DNA of 39,624 bases from Clostridia bacterium (GTDB lineage: Bacteria > Bacillota > Clostridia > Oscillospirales > CAG-272), in assembly GCA_017455945.1 (NCBI GenBank), contig JAFTLM010000005.1:1-39624 (forward strand). Direction: 5' to 3'. The position numbers were made by a program, and so were the translations under genes. Position 1 is the first letter of the stretch. Each line of letters begins with the position of its first letter. Positions 15,959-22,907 of this stretch are shown here, in pieces. The notes under the pieces were generated by a model, which saw nothing but the letters and a program-made list of their open reading frames with translations, was not told the origin of the DNA and ran no database searches.

Positions 15959-18146
15959 TTTGCGCCTGGATACGGTGCAGCCTAACCGCGTGCGCCTAGT
16001 TTACGGAGTGCAAAACGACTATAATTCGCGCTATATTTGCGCGCGATTTACCGTAAACGGCAAGCCCATAGAGATAGAGAACACGGCGGCTGTGCGTATC
16101 AATGCAAAGCGACCGGATGGTGAAAGAAACGCATTCCCCGGCACGGTAAACGCAGATGGCACGGTAAACGTGCCCGTGGCGCAGTGGATGCTTGATGTGC
16201 CGGGCGAGGTAAGCGCGAGCGTAACTGCTGCAACGTCGAACAGTGCGCTGACAACACAGGATTTTTATATAATGGCGAAGCCCTCAAACTGGGACGGCAC
16301 GGGCACGCCGAGCGAGGAAGACCCCGACAAAGACGTGATACAAACAATAATCGAGAGTCAAAAGACGGTAAAAAATGAAGTTAAAAACAAGGCAAGTATT
16401 TACGCGCTAAAAGCGTCATATGCAACAGACTGTCTTGACGCTTCGATGTTCGAAAACGGTACAATAAACGAAGCAACGGGCGCGGATTCAACCTATGATT
16501 CACCATATACTCCGTGGAGATTGCGCACAACGGGCTTTATTCCCCCGTGTGATGTTATCAAGTGCAACAATGGTTATTTGTTCCACGTTTTCGTGTACGA
16601 TCTTGATGGTAAATATATTACGTGGGTTTCAAATTTACAAGAGTATTCCGCACTTGACTTCACACAATATAATTATCGTATTCTATTAAGAACCACGGGA
16701 CATGAAGAAGAAATTTCCATTGACGAAGTGGAAAATATATTTGCTTTCAAAGATAAATTGCCAATTCAGGAAACCTATGAAGCTGTTTTCACAGAGAGTG
16801 CGCAAGAAATAATTTTCCGACGTGGATATATTCACGGAGCACTCGGAACTATTCAAACTAGCGTTGTTTCTGTTGTAACAAGTAATTTTTTGAGGGCAGC
16901 AAACGGTTCAACCGTTACCGTAAAAGCCGGTTATATGTTTAGGGTTGCAACATACGCTTCGGACAACGAAGAAAGTTTTATAAAATGTACCGCTAATATT
17001 ATGAGTGGGGAAGTATACACATTTACAAAAGACACATATTTTCGCGCCTATATTTGCCGTATAGATGAAGCGGAGAGCGGTATTGACATTGCAAACAATT
17101 TTATCTTCAATATTCCTACAGTAACAGTAACTAAAGCAAGCGTTAAAAGTGTGTTTGACAGAACAAATAAAGTTTACTTTGGCAACGTACCTGCGAAATA
17201 TTTCAAGTCACCCTATGCCAATGGGTCAAACGAGGGTTTCAACGCTAACACCACGACGAGCGAATTTTACACTAAATTTAATAATCTTGTGTCTGCATAT
17301 CCCGAATACATCACAAAGACCGACCTCGGAGCGTGTTCCGACGGAACACAACACCTTTACGAATACACATTAAAACCACAAAGTGATAGTTTTGAAACAT
17401 TCAAAACTATGCCTAAAGTGTTGATGATCGGAGCGCAGCACGGCTTTGAAAAATCAAACATTTTCGGTCTTTACTATTTTGTGAAAAATTTGCTTGAAAA
17501 CATAGATGATGAATTGATTTCTTATTTGCGTTCGCAAGTTATATTCAAAATCATTCCTATTTGCAATCCATATGGCTTCGATAATTCTGAGTATTTGAAC
17601 GCAAATGGTGTAAACCTAAATCGAAATTATGATACAGGGCACTTCCCTCAATATCCGGATGCAGTTGTAGGCGACGCGCAGTATGGTGGGCAAACGCCAT
17701 TTGACCAACCAGAAACGCAAATCGTGAGAAAATTCGTCAATGATAACAGAGATGCTTTTTTATTTCTTGATTTACACACGAACGGCCAATCTTCTGTTAC
17801 GTCCTATGAACAAGTTAACTGGGTTTCTTTGCAGAACACCGACGATGAGTATTTTTATCAAATGCACGATGCCGTAAGCTCCCACTTTCGCGCCGAAACA
17901 TTACATTTCAAGCACGATTATAATTTACCGTCAACCGCTGTTATCGGCATGCAGGACGGCGAATTCGGGAGTAGAACTATAAGTTGCACATCTTGCGAGT
18001 GGGTATATCAACAGGGTATAATCAGCGCAACCCTTGAGGGCTTCAACGGGTTCCCGAGCAGTACACCTTTTACAATGGAAGTTTATAAGGCAAATACCGA
18101 GATTATCGCTAATTTCGTTAAATGCGTGCTTGCTAACTACGCATAA
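15939..18146 (+). CDS. BppU-N-like baseplate/fibre protein fused to a C-terminal M14 zinc carboxypeptidase domain
   Basis: The N-terminal ~120 aa resemble the baseplate upper protein Ig-like domain. The C-terminal part (about 17400-18143) carries GAQHGFEKSN (HxxE), NLNRNY and LDLHTNG motifs typical of M14. Confidence 0.65.
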   Translation: MAEAILDLRLDTVQPNRVRLVYGVQNDYNSRYICARFTVNGKPIEIENTAAVRINAKRPDGERNAFPGTVNADGTVNVPVAQWMLDVPGEVSASVTAATSNSALTTQDFYIMAKPSNWDGTGTPSEEDPDKDVIQTIIESQKTVKNEVKNKASIYALKASYATDCLDASMFENGTINEATGADSTYDSPYTPWRLRTTGFIPPCDVIKCNNGYLFHVFVYDLDGKYITWVSNLQEYSALDFTQYNYRILLRTTGHEEEISIDEVENIFAFKDKLPIQETYEAVFTESAQEIIFRRGYIHGALGTIQTSVVSVVTSNFLRAANGSTVTVKAGYMFRVATYASDNEESFIKCTANIMSGEVYTFTKDTYFRAYICRIDEAESGIDIANNFIFNIPTVTVTKASVKSVFDRTNKVYFGNVPAKYFKSPYANGSNEGFNANTTTSEFYTKFNNLVSAYPEYITKTDLGACSDGTQHLYEYTLKPQSDSFETFKTMPKVLMIGAQHGFEKSNIFGLYYFVKNLLENIDDELISYLRSQVIFKIIPICNPYGFDNSEYLNANGVNLNRNYDTGHFPQYPDAVVGDAQYGGQTPFDQPETQIVRKFVNDNRDAFLFLDLHTNGQSSVTSYEQVNWVSLQNTDDEYFYQMHDAVSSHFRAETLHFKHDYNLPSTAVIGMQDGEFGSRTISCTSCEWVYQQGIISATLEGFNGFPSSTPFTMEVYKANTEIIANFVKCVLANYA

Positions 18147-18197
18147 ATGATTTTTGAAAAAAAATTAATACAATGCGATAAAAGGCAGGCGGATGAA

Positions 18198-18234
18198 ATG
18201 AGGTGATAATATGAGGTGATAATATGAGGTATAA
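18198..18234 (+). repeat. 13-nt tandem repeat ATGAGGTGATAAT, about 2.8 copies
   Basis: Perfect copies at 18198-18210 and 18211-18223, and a diverged third copy from 18224. Each copy carries GAGGTG-N5-ATG-AGG-TGA. Confidence 0.9.
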
Positions 18235-18249
18235 ACTGCAAAAAAACTG

Positions 18250-18279
18250 TTGACGAATATATAAACAGTGTGATAAAAT
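18250..18279 (+). promoter_or_regulatory. Possible internal promoter for the lysis genes
   Basis: TTGACG 18250-18255 and a TG-preceded A/T-rich -10 (GATAAAAT) about 17 nt downstream. Weaker than the other promoters. Confidence 0.4.
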
Positions 18280-18297
18280 TAAGAAAGGAATGATACT

Positions 18298-18591
18298 ATG
18301 CAAAACATTCTCGAAACATTGAGCCTTCCCATCATCGCGGCGCTTACAGTTGCGCTTTTTGAAGCGTTTAAGGGCGCTACAGGCGGCAAATTCAACAAGT
18401 ACATACCTTTGCTTGCTCCGTTCATCGGCGCGGCACTGGGTGCGCTTTTGTTCGTTGCCTTGCCTGAATACGTACCTGCGGCAAACGTGGGTGCTGCGGC
18501 GGTGCTCGGCGCAATAAGCGGACTCTCCGCAACGGGCGCGCACCAAGTAAAAAAGCAGATAGGAAAGGACGGTGACAACGGTGGCTCTTGA
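18298..18591 (+). CDS. Holin (97 aa)
   Basis: Three Ala/Gly-rich hydrophobic segments and a charged C-terminus. Position after the fibre genes. Confidence 0.6.
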   Translation: MQNILETLSLPIIAALTVALFEAFKGATGGKFNKYIPLLAPFIGAALGALLFVALPEYVPAANVGAAAVLGAISGLSATGAHQVKKQIGKDGDNGGS

Positions 18592-18856
18592 ACATAGTGA
18601 GATACAGGCACTAAAAGCAGAGTTTTTCGCAGAGGCAGACGAGCGATATGTCAAGATCGAGGATTGCAACGACAAGCAAGAGAAGGTGAATGCGAAGTTT
18701 GCCAATGATGACAAGCGCATAGACCTTATTCTTGCAGAGCAAAAACAAATGAGGATGGAAACCAAAAACGGATTGAAGTTTAATAATTGGCTCACAGCGG
18801 CGGTTCTCGGAGCAATAATTGCGGCAGTTATAGCTTTTTATTTCTTGGCTACTTGA
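18572..18856 (+). CDS. XhlA-like lysis-associated membrane protein
   Basis: GTG start (18572, or 18581 as an alternative). Coiled coil plus a single C-terminal TM, as in PBSX XhlA (from memory). Confidence 0.5.
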   Translation: MTTVALEHSEIQALKAEFFAEADERYVKIEDCNDKQEKVNAKFANDDKRIDLILAEQKQMRMETKNGLKFNNWLTAAVLGAIIAAVIAFYFLAT

Positions 18857-18881
18857 CAAACATAAATTCAAGTGTTATAAT
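18853..18881 (+). promoter_or_regulatory. Sigma-A type promoter
   Basis: TTGACA 18853-18858, 17-nt spacer, TGTTATAAT with -10 at 18876-18881. Confidence 0.65.
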
Positions 18882-18972
18882 ATTATGGGGGATAGGGATG
18901 TACACCCGAAAGCGGTCAACCTCGCCGTTTCCCCTCTTTCTTTCTAAAATTTATGAGGTTATGGAGGGAAAA

Positions 18973-19287
18973 ATGTCAAAATCTTGTAATAACTGCGAGA
19001 TAGCAGAAAAAGATTTCAATGTCACTGTGCCGTATGTGGTACATGAGGCGGCGATGGCAAGAATGGAAAGACAATCTAAAAGGCTATGGATTGTAATTAT
19101 TATTCTAATTGCCGCGTTGCTTGTTTCAAACTTTGCGTGGATTATTTACAATTCACAATTCGAAGTTGTTGAGGAAAGCACCGTAATAGAACAAGAAAAC
19201 GGCGAAGGCGATAACAACTATATCGGAAACGATGGAGATATAAATAATGGCGAAACAAAGGATAACAATCAAGAAGAAATTTCGTAG
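18973..19287 (+). CDS. Single-pass membrane protein (104 aa) with CNNC N-terminus and acidic Asn/Asp-rich tail
   Basis: ATG 18973 follows GGAGGG. The track start 18787 would overlap the promoter and leader. TM segment LWIVIIILIAALLVSNFAWIIY. Confidence 0.5.
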   Translation: MSKSCNNCEIAEKDFNVTVPYVVHEAAMARMERQSKRLWIVIIILIAALLVSNFAWIIYNSQFEVVEESTVIEQENGEGDNNYIGNDGDINNGETKDNNQEEIS

Positions 19288-19342
19288 AAAGAAAAAGCCC
19301 ACTCGTTGCAAAAGTTGTGGGAAATTCAAATAAGGATTTAAA

Positions 19343-19666
19343 ATGAGATATTATATCGCGCACAAATTTCAAGGTGACAAAAAGAATATCGAGCGTGTCG
19401 AAAAAATTGCAAGAAAATTGCAACTCAAACACCCCGAAAATGCGTATTTTTCTCCTTTGCACGCATTTTCTTTTCTTGACTATGACGATATGCCATATGA
19501 TGATTTTATGGAAATTTGCCTTGATTTTTTAAGCGCGTGTGATGTACTTATTGTGGCAAGTGAAATTTCAAAAGGTGTTCAAATGGAGATAGATTTTGCC
19601 AAACTCGTGAAAATGGAGGTAATGCGTCTTGATGAAAGCGGAAAATTACGACCTTTCACGGAGTGA
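19343..19666 (+). CDS. DUF4406 / nucleoside 2-deoxyribosyltransferase-like protein
   Basis: YIAHKF..GD...CLDFLSACDVLIV..E.SKGVQMEIDFA matches the DUF4406 pattern (from memory). Confidence 0.5.
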   Translation: MRYYIAHKFQGDKKNIERVEKIARKLQLKHPENAYFSPLHAFSFLDYDDMPYDDFMEICLDFLSACDVLIVASEISKGVQMEIDFAKLVKMEVMRLDESGKLRPFTE

Positions 19667-19844
19667 GTGGGAAAATTTAATTGATGAGTATGTATTCAAT
19701 GAGATACACCGTGCAATGCTAAAGCGGAATTTGCTTGATGGTCGAACATATGAACAGATATCTGAGCAGTTTGATATGTCAACGCGGCAAGTCGCAAGAC
19801 TTATTCCGAAATTGCAAGAAAAATTATTTAAGCGCATAAAATAA
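19632..19844 (+). CDS. Sigma-70 region-4-like HTH protein (putative transcription regulator)
   Basis: LDGRTYEQISEQFDMSTRQVARLIPKL is a typical region-4 helix-turn-helix. ATG 19632. Confidence 0.55.
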   Translation: MKAENYDLSRSEWENLIDEYVFNEIHRAMLKRNLLDGRTYEQISEQFDMSTRQVARLIPKLQEKLFKRIK

Positions 19845-19862
19845 CATAAAATTGTCATTAAA

Positions 19863-19900
19863 ATGGCACTTTCACGACATTGTGAAGGTGTCATTTTTTT
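19863..19900 (+). terminator. Rho-independent terminator closing the late operon
   Basis: 13-bp stem ATGGCACTTTCAC/GTGAAGGTGTCAT (two G-T pairs), 6-nt loop, then a T7 run. Confidence 0.8.
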
Positions 19901-19908
19901 GTTATTAT
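19880..19908 (+). promoter_or_regulatory. Possible promoter overlapping the terminator
   Basis: TTGTGA 19880-19885, 17-nt spacer, TGTTATTAT with -10 at 19903-19908. Confidence 0.3.
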
Positions 19909-19927
19909 ATAGCCAAGAGGTGATGAT

Positions 19928-20065
19928 ATGAATATAACTCAATTTATTAAATCGCACAAAGAATTAAATGAGCTTCCTTTTCTTGTGGTTTTCCGCACAA
20001 TTCAAGTTTTGCGTGAAAAGAATATGCTAAAGGGTTTTGACGATGTGGATAGAGTACAATCCTAA
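19928..20065 (+). CDS. Small hypothetical protein (45 aa)
   Basis: Below the track cutoff. ATG 19928 follows AGAGGTG. Overlaps the next gene by 23 nt. Confidence 0.35.
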   Translation: MNITQFIKSHKELNELPFLVVFRTIQVLREKNMLKGFDDVDRVQS

Positions 20066-20417
20066 TCCGCTTGGCTTGCGTGTAGGTGATTGCGTTATCC
20101 GCGCTATTTCAAAGGCTTTGGATATGCCGTGGGAGAAAACATATATTGACCTATGTGTGCAAGGATTTATGATGGGAGACCTCGCATCAAGCAATGCCGT
20201 ATGGAGTGCCTACCTAAAACACAAAGGCTTCAAGCGTTGCACTATTCAAGATTGTCCTGATTGTTACACCGTTGACGATTTCTGCCAAGAACACCCAAAG
20301 GGAGTTTATGTAATTGGTACAGGCTCGCACGCCGTTGCCGTTGTTGATGGTTGCGTTTTCGATGCGTGGAACAGTCTGCGAGAAACACCCGTGTATTATT
20401 TTGAAAAAGGAGAATAA
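20043..20417 (+). CDS. Small papain/CHAP-like Cys-His-Asp protein (124 aa)
   Basis: ATG 20043 (the track start 20037 is TTG). GDCVIRAIS (Cys), GSHAVAVVDG (His) and FDAWN (Asp/Asn) occur in the order expected for a papain-fold hydrolase. Confidence 0.45.
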   Translation: MWIEYNPNPLGLRVGDCVIRAISKALDMPWEKTYIDLCVQGFMMGDLASSNAVWSAYLKHKGFKRCTIQDCPDCYTVDDFCQEHPKGVYVIGTGSHAVAVVDGCVFDAWNSLRETPVYYFEKGE

Positions 20418-20419
20418 AT

Positions 20420-20956
20420 ATGGCTTACCCTAATTATTATCAAGGCGGATATTATCCGCAGTACCAAAATGGAGCAGTCCCCGATATGCTTAACCAGTAT
20501 AAAGGACAGTATCAGCAACCGCAAATTCAAAATCAGCAACCGTTTAGTCAACCATTTAGTCAACCAATTCAGCAACCAATGACTATGCAACCACAAACAA
20601 ACGATATGATGATATGGGTTCTTTCCGAGGGCGAAGCGCAGAGTTACCCTGTCGCCCCGAACAATAGTGTTATTCTTTGGGATAAAAACAGCGATGTAGT
20701 TTATATCAAGTCGGTCAATGCACAGAATGTTCCGTCTTTCCGTGTTCTTGACTACAAAGAGCGCACAGCCGACAATGCCCCAAAAACGCCTGCAGAGCAC
20801 GAATGCAAGTGTGGTAGTAAGTTTGTAAGTAAAGAGGATTTCAAGGCTTTAAAGAGTGAATTTGAGGCTCTGCGGAGCGAATGGGAAACATTAAAGGAAA
20901 AACCAAAAGCTAAGACCGCTAAAAAGGCGGTTGAGGAGGTAACAGATGGCGAATAA
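20420..20956 (+). CDS. Protein with Q/P/Y-rich N-terminal low-complexity domain, beta-rich core and coiled-coil tail
   Basis: 17 Gln in the first 62 aa (hand count). AAGGAG SD. Confidence 0.6.
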   Translation: MAYPNYYQGGYYPQYQNGAVPDMLNQYKGQYQQPQIQNQQPFSQPFSQPIQQPMTMQPQTNDMMIWVLSEGEAQSYPVAPNNSVILWDKNSDVVYIKSVNAQNVPSFRVLDYKERTADNAPKTPAEHECKCGSKFVSKEDFKALKSEFEALRSEWETLKEKPKAKTAKKAVEEVTDGE

Positions 20957-21158
20957 TCTTTATAATCAGTTCGGAAGTGCGCCCGTATCAAATGAAATGG
21001 CGCAGATCGTGAAACAAGTACAAGATTTTCAAAAAACGTTCAAGGGAGATGCAAAGGCACAAGTGGAACAGATGGTGGCTTCGGGCATTATTCCGCAGAG
21101 CGTATTCAATGAATTGGCACAGCAAGCCAATCAAATAATGGCTTTTATGCCAAAATAA
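20946..21158 (+). CDS. Hypothetical helical protein (70 aa)
   Basis: ORF track. GAGGAGG SD 7 nt upstream. Confidence 0.55.
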   Translation: MANNLYNQFGSAPVSNEMAQIVKQVQDFQKTFKGDAKAQVEQMVASGIIPQSVFNELAQQANQIMAFMPK

Positions 21159-21224
21159 CTATGGCTTCAAAATCGGGTGCACACGATTTTTGGCAAATAA
21201 ATATATTATAGGAGAAACAAAAAA

Positions 21225-22058
21225 ATGATGGAAACAGGATATTCCCTCGCTGACATTGCGGCGGCTACTGGCAATAGTGGCAATAACAACAATGACGGTT
21301 GGGGCGGAAACAACGGTTGGTGGATTATAATTCTGCTTCTCGCCCTCGGTCGTGGTTATAGCTTTGGCGGTGGCTACGGCGGCGGTAATGGTGGCGGTTA
21401 TGGTCAGCCCATCGTAATTGACAACGGAAGAAGTGGCTCTTGTGGTTGCGGTTGTTCGCCTTGTGCTACACAGGCTGACCTCTCTGCCGCTTTTGCAAGC
21501 AATGCAACGCTGAACGGTATTAACGGCATTGACAGCACGCTTTGCCAAGGATTTAATGGTATTCAACAGTCTTTGATGAGCGGTTTTGCAGGTGTTGACC
21601 GTTCCGTTTGCACCCTCGGTTACAATCAGGCACAGCTTGTAAATGGTCTGTCCAGAGAATTGGCAGATTGTTGCTGTGGTACTAAGCAGGCTATCGCAGA
21701 TGTTAAGTACACTATCGGTAACGAGGCTTGCGAAACCCGCCACGCACTCTACAATAGCACTCGTGACATAATCGACAATGCAAACGCTAACAGCCGTGCG
21801 GTTCTTGACTTCCTTGTAAAGGACAAGATTGACACGCTTCAGAGCGAGAACCTTGCGCTTCGTTTCAGAGCTTCTCAGAGTGAGCAGAACGCATTTATCA
21901 CCGCTAATCAGCAGGCACAGACCGCAGAGCTTATTCGCAGACTTGGCGCAGATTGTCCTTCGCCCGCTTATATCGTTCCTAATCCGAATTGTTGCTATCA
22001 GTACAATGTAAGTCCTGCTAACAATTGCGGATGTGGCTGTGGTAACGGCGGTTTCTAA
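21225..22058 (+). CDS. Gly/Cys-rich protein with YjcZ-like N-terminus (277 aa)
   Basis: GWGGNNGWWIIILLLALGRGYSFGGGYGGGNGGGYG, CGCGCSPC, CCC and a C-terminal NCGCGCGNGGF. Asn/Gln-rich helical middle. AGGAG SD. Confidence 0.6.
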   Translation: MMETGYSLADIAAATGNSGNNNNDGWGGNNGWWIIILLLALGRGYSFGGGYGGGNGGGYGQPIVIDNGRSGSCGCGCSPCATQADLSAAFASNATLNGINGIDSTLCQGFNGIQQSLMSGFAGVDRSVCTLGYNQAQLVNGLSRELADCCCGTKQAIADVKYTIGNEACETRHALYNSTRDIIDNANANSRAVLDFLVKDKIDTLQSENLALRFRASQSEQNAFITANQQAQTAELIRRLGADCPSPAYIVPNPNCCYQYNVSPANNCGCGCGNGGF

Positions 22059-22138
22059 AAATCAATAGATAAAAGATTGACTACTTTCGCATTTAGCGGA
22101 TGTTCGGGCGATAATGTTACTGCCCGATAATGACTTTC

Positions 22139-22183
22139 GGGGAGTGAACGCAGAAGGTAGGTGTTTGCTCCCCTCTATTTTTT
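22139..22183 (+). terminator. Rho-independent terminator
   Basis: GGGGAG.../...CTCCCC stem, extendable to about 13 bp with G-T pairs, then TCTATTTTTT. Preceded by a second hairpin TCGGGC/GCCCGA (22104-22127). Confidence 0.65.
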
Positions 22184-22202
22184 ATGAAAGGAAATATTTA
22201 TT

Positions 22203-22433
22203 ATGGAAATTAAAACCATAGCAGATTTGAAAACAAAACTCATCAATGCGATTGATGAAATCGATACATCAAAGGTTACTCTTTGTGATCTTAAAATTTT
22301 GGCTGACACCATTAGCGTACTTGCCAACATAAATGATAAACCTTTTGATTTTATGGAAGCGTATTCAAAAATATCTACAATGGGTTTTGGGGCAAAGCAG
22401 ACCACACTTTCTGATTTAAAGGAGGTAGAATAA
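22203..22433 (+). CDS. Hypothetical protein (76 aa)
   Basis: ORF track. Confidence 0.5.
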   Translation: MEIKTIADLKTKLINAIDEIDTSKVTLCDLKILADTISVLANINDKPFDFMEAYSKISTMGFGAKQTTLSDLKEVE

Positions 22434-22434
22434 T

Positions 22435-22893
22435 ATGGCGGCTGAATATAGCTATCCCCTCGTGCAGACGATTGCCGAGGATGAAAACATTATATTCCTT
22501 GACGGTGACAGATGTTGCAAAAAAGGATATATCACACACAGAAGCGGTTCGGGCGTGTTCCGTCTTAAAGGAGCAGGAAACGCTTGCAAGACCGTTTATA
22601 GAGTTACTTTTAACGCAAATATAGCGGTAGCACCTGCGGCAGATGGTGGCGTTTTGGGTGCGATAAGTGTAGCACTTCAAGAGGATGGAGAAACCTTGCA
22701 GAACGCAGTTGCAACAGTTACCCCTGCGGCGATTGGCGATTTCTTCAATGTTTCGCTTACCACTTTTATCGTCATTCCTTGCGGTTGTTGCGTGACCGTA
22801 TCGGTGGAAAACGTAAGCGTTGGCGCGGCAGGAGCGGCAGGCTCAGCGATTGATGTGACAAATGCAAACATCATCTTCGACCGTGTAGCGTAA
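22435..22893 (+). CDS. C1q/TNF-like (BclA C-terminal-domain-like) jelly-roll protein
   Basis: Alternating beta-strand pattern: YRVTFNANIAV, ISVALQEDGETL, VSLTTFIVIPCGCCVTVSVENVS, NANIIFDRVA. This resembles exosporium BclA-CTD proteins (from memory). Confidence 0.45.
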   Translation: MAAEYSYPLVQTIAEDENIIFLDGDRCCKKGYITHRSGSGVFRLKGAGNACKTVYRVTFNANIAVAPAADGGVLGAISVALQEDGETLQNAVATVTPAAIGDFFNVSLTTFIVIPCGCCVTVSVENVSVGAAGAAGSAIDVTNANIIFDRVA

Positions 22894-22907
22894 GAAAGGA
22901 GAAAATT

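Noticed and set aside
18198-18234. Possible CRISPR-like or satellite repeat
   Set aside because: There are only about 2.8 directly abutting 13-nt units with no spacers. This is a simple tandem repeat and is reported instead as a minigene array.
18133-18795. 220-aa minus-strand ORF, together with the nested 18279-18611 ORF
   Set aside because: It is antisense to the GC-rich holin and XhlA-like genes. High GC removes stop codons by chance, and no SD is present.
21159-21743. 194-aa minus-strand ORF
   Set aside because: It is antisense to the Gly/Cys-rich gene. GGN/GCN-rich coding sequence keeps the reverse frame open, and no start context is visible.
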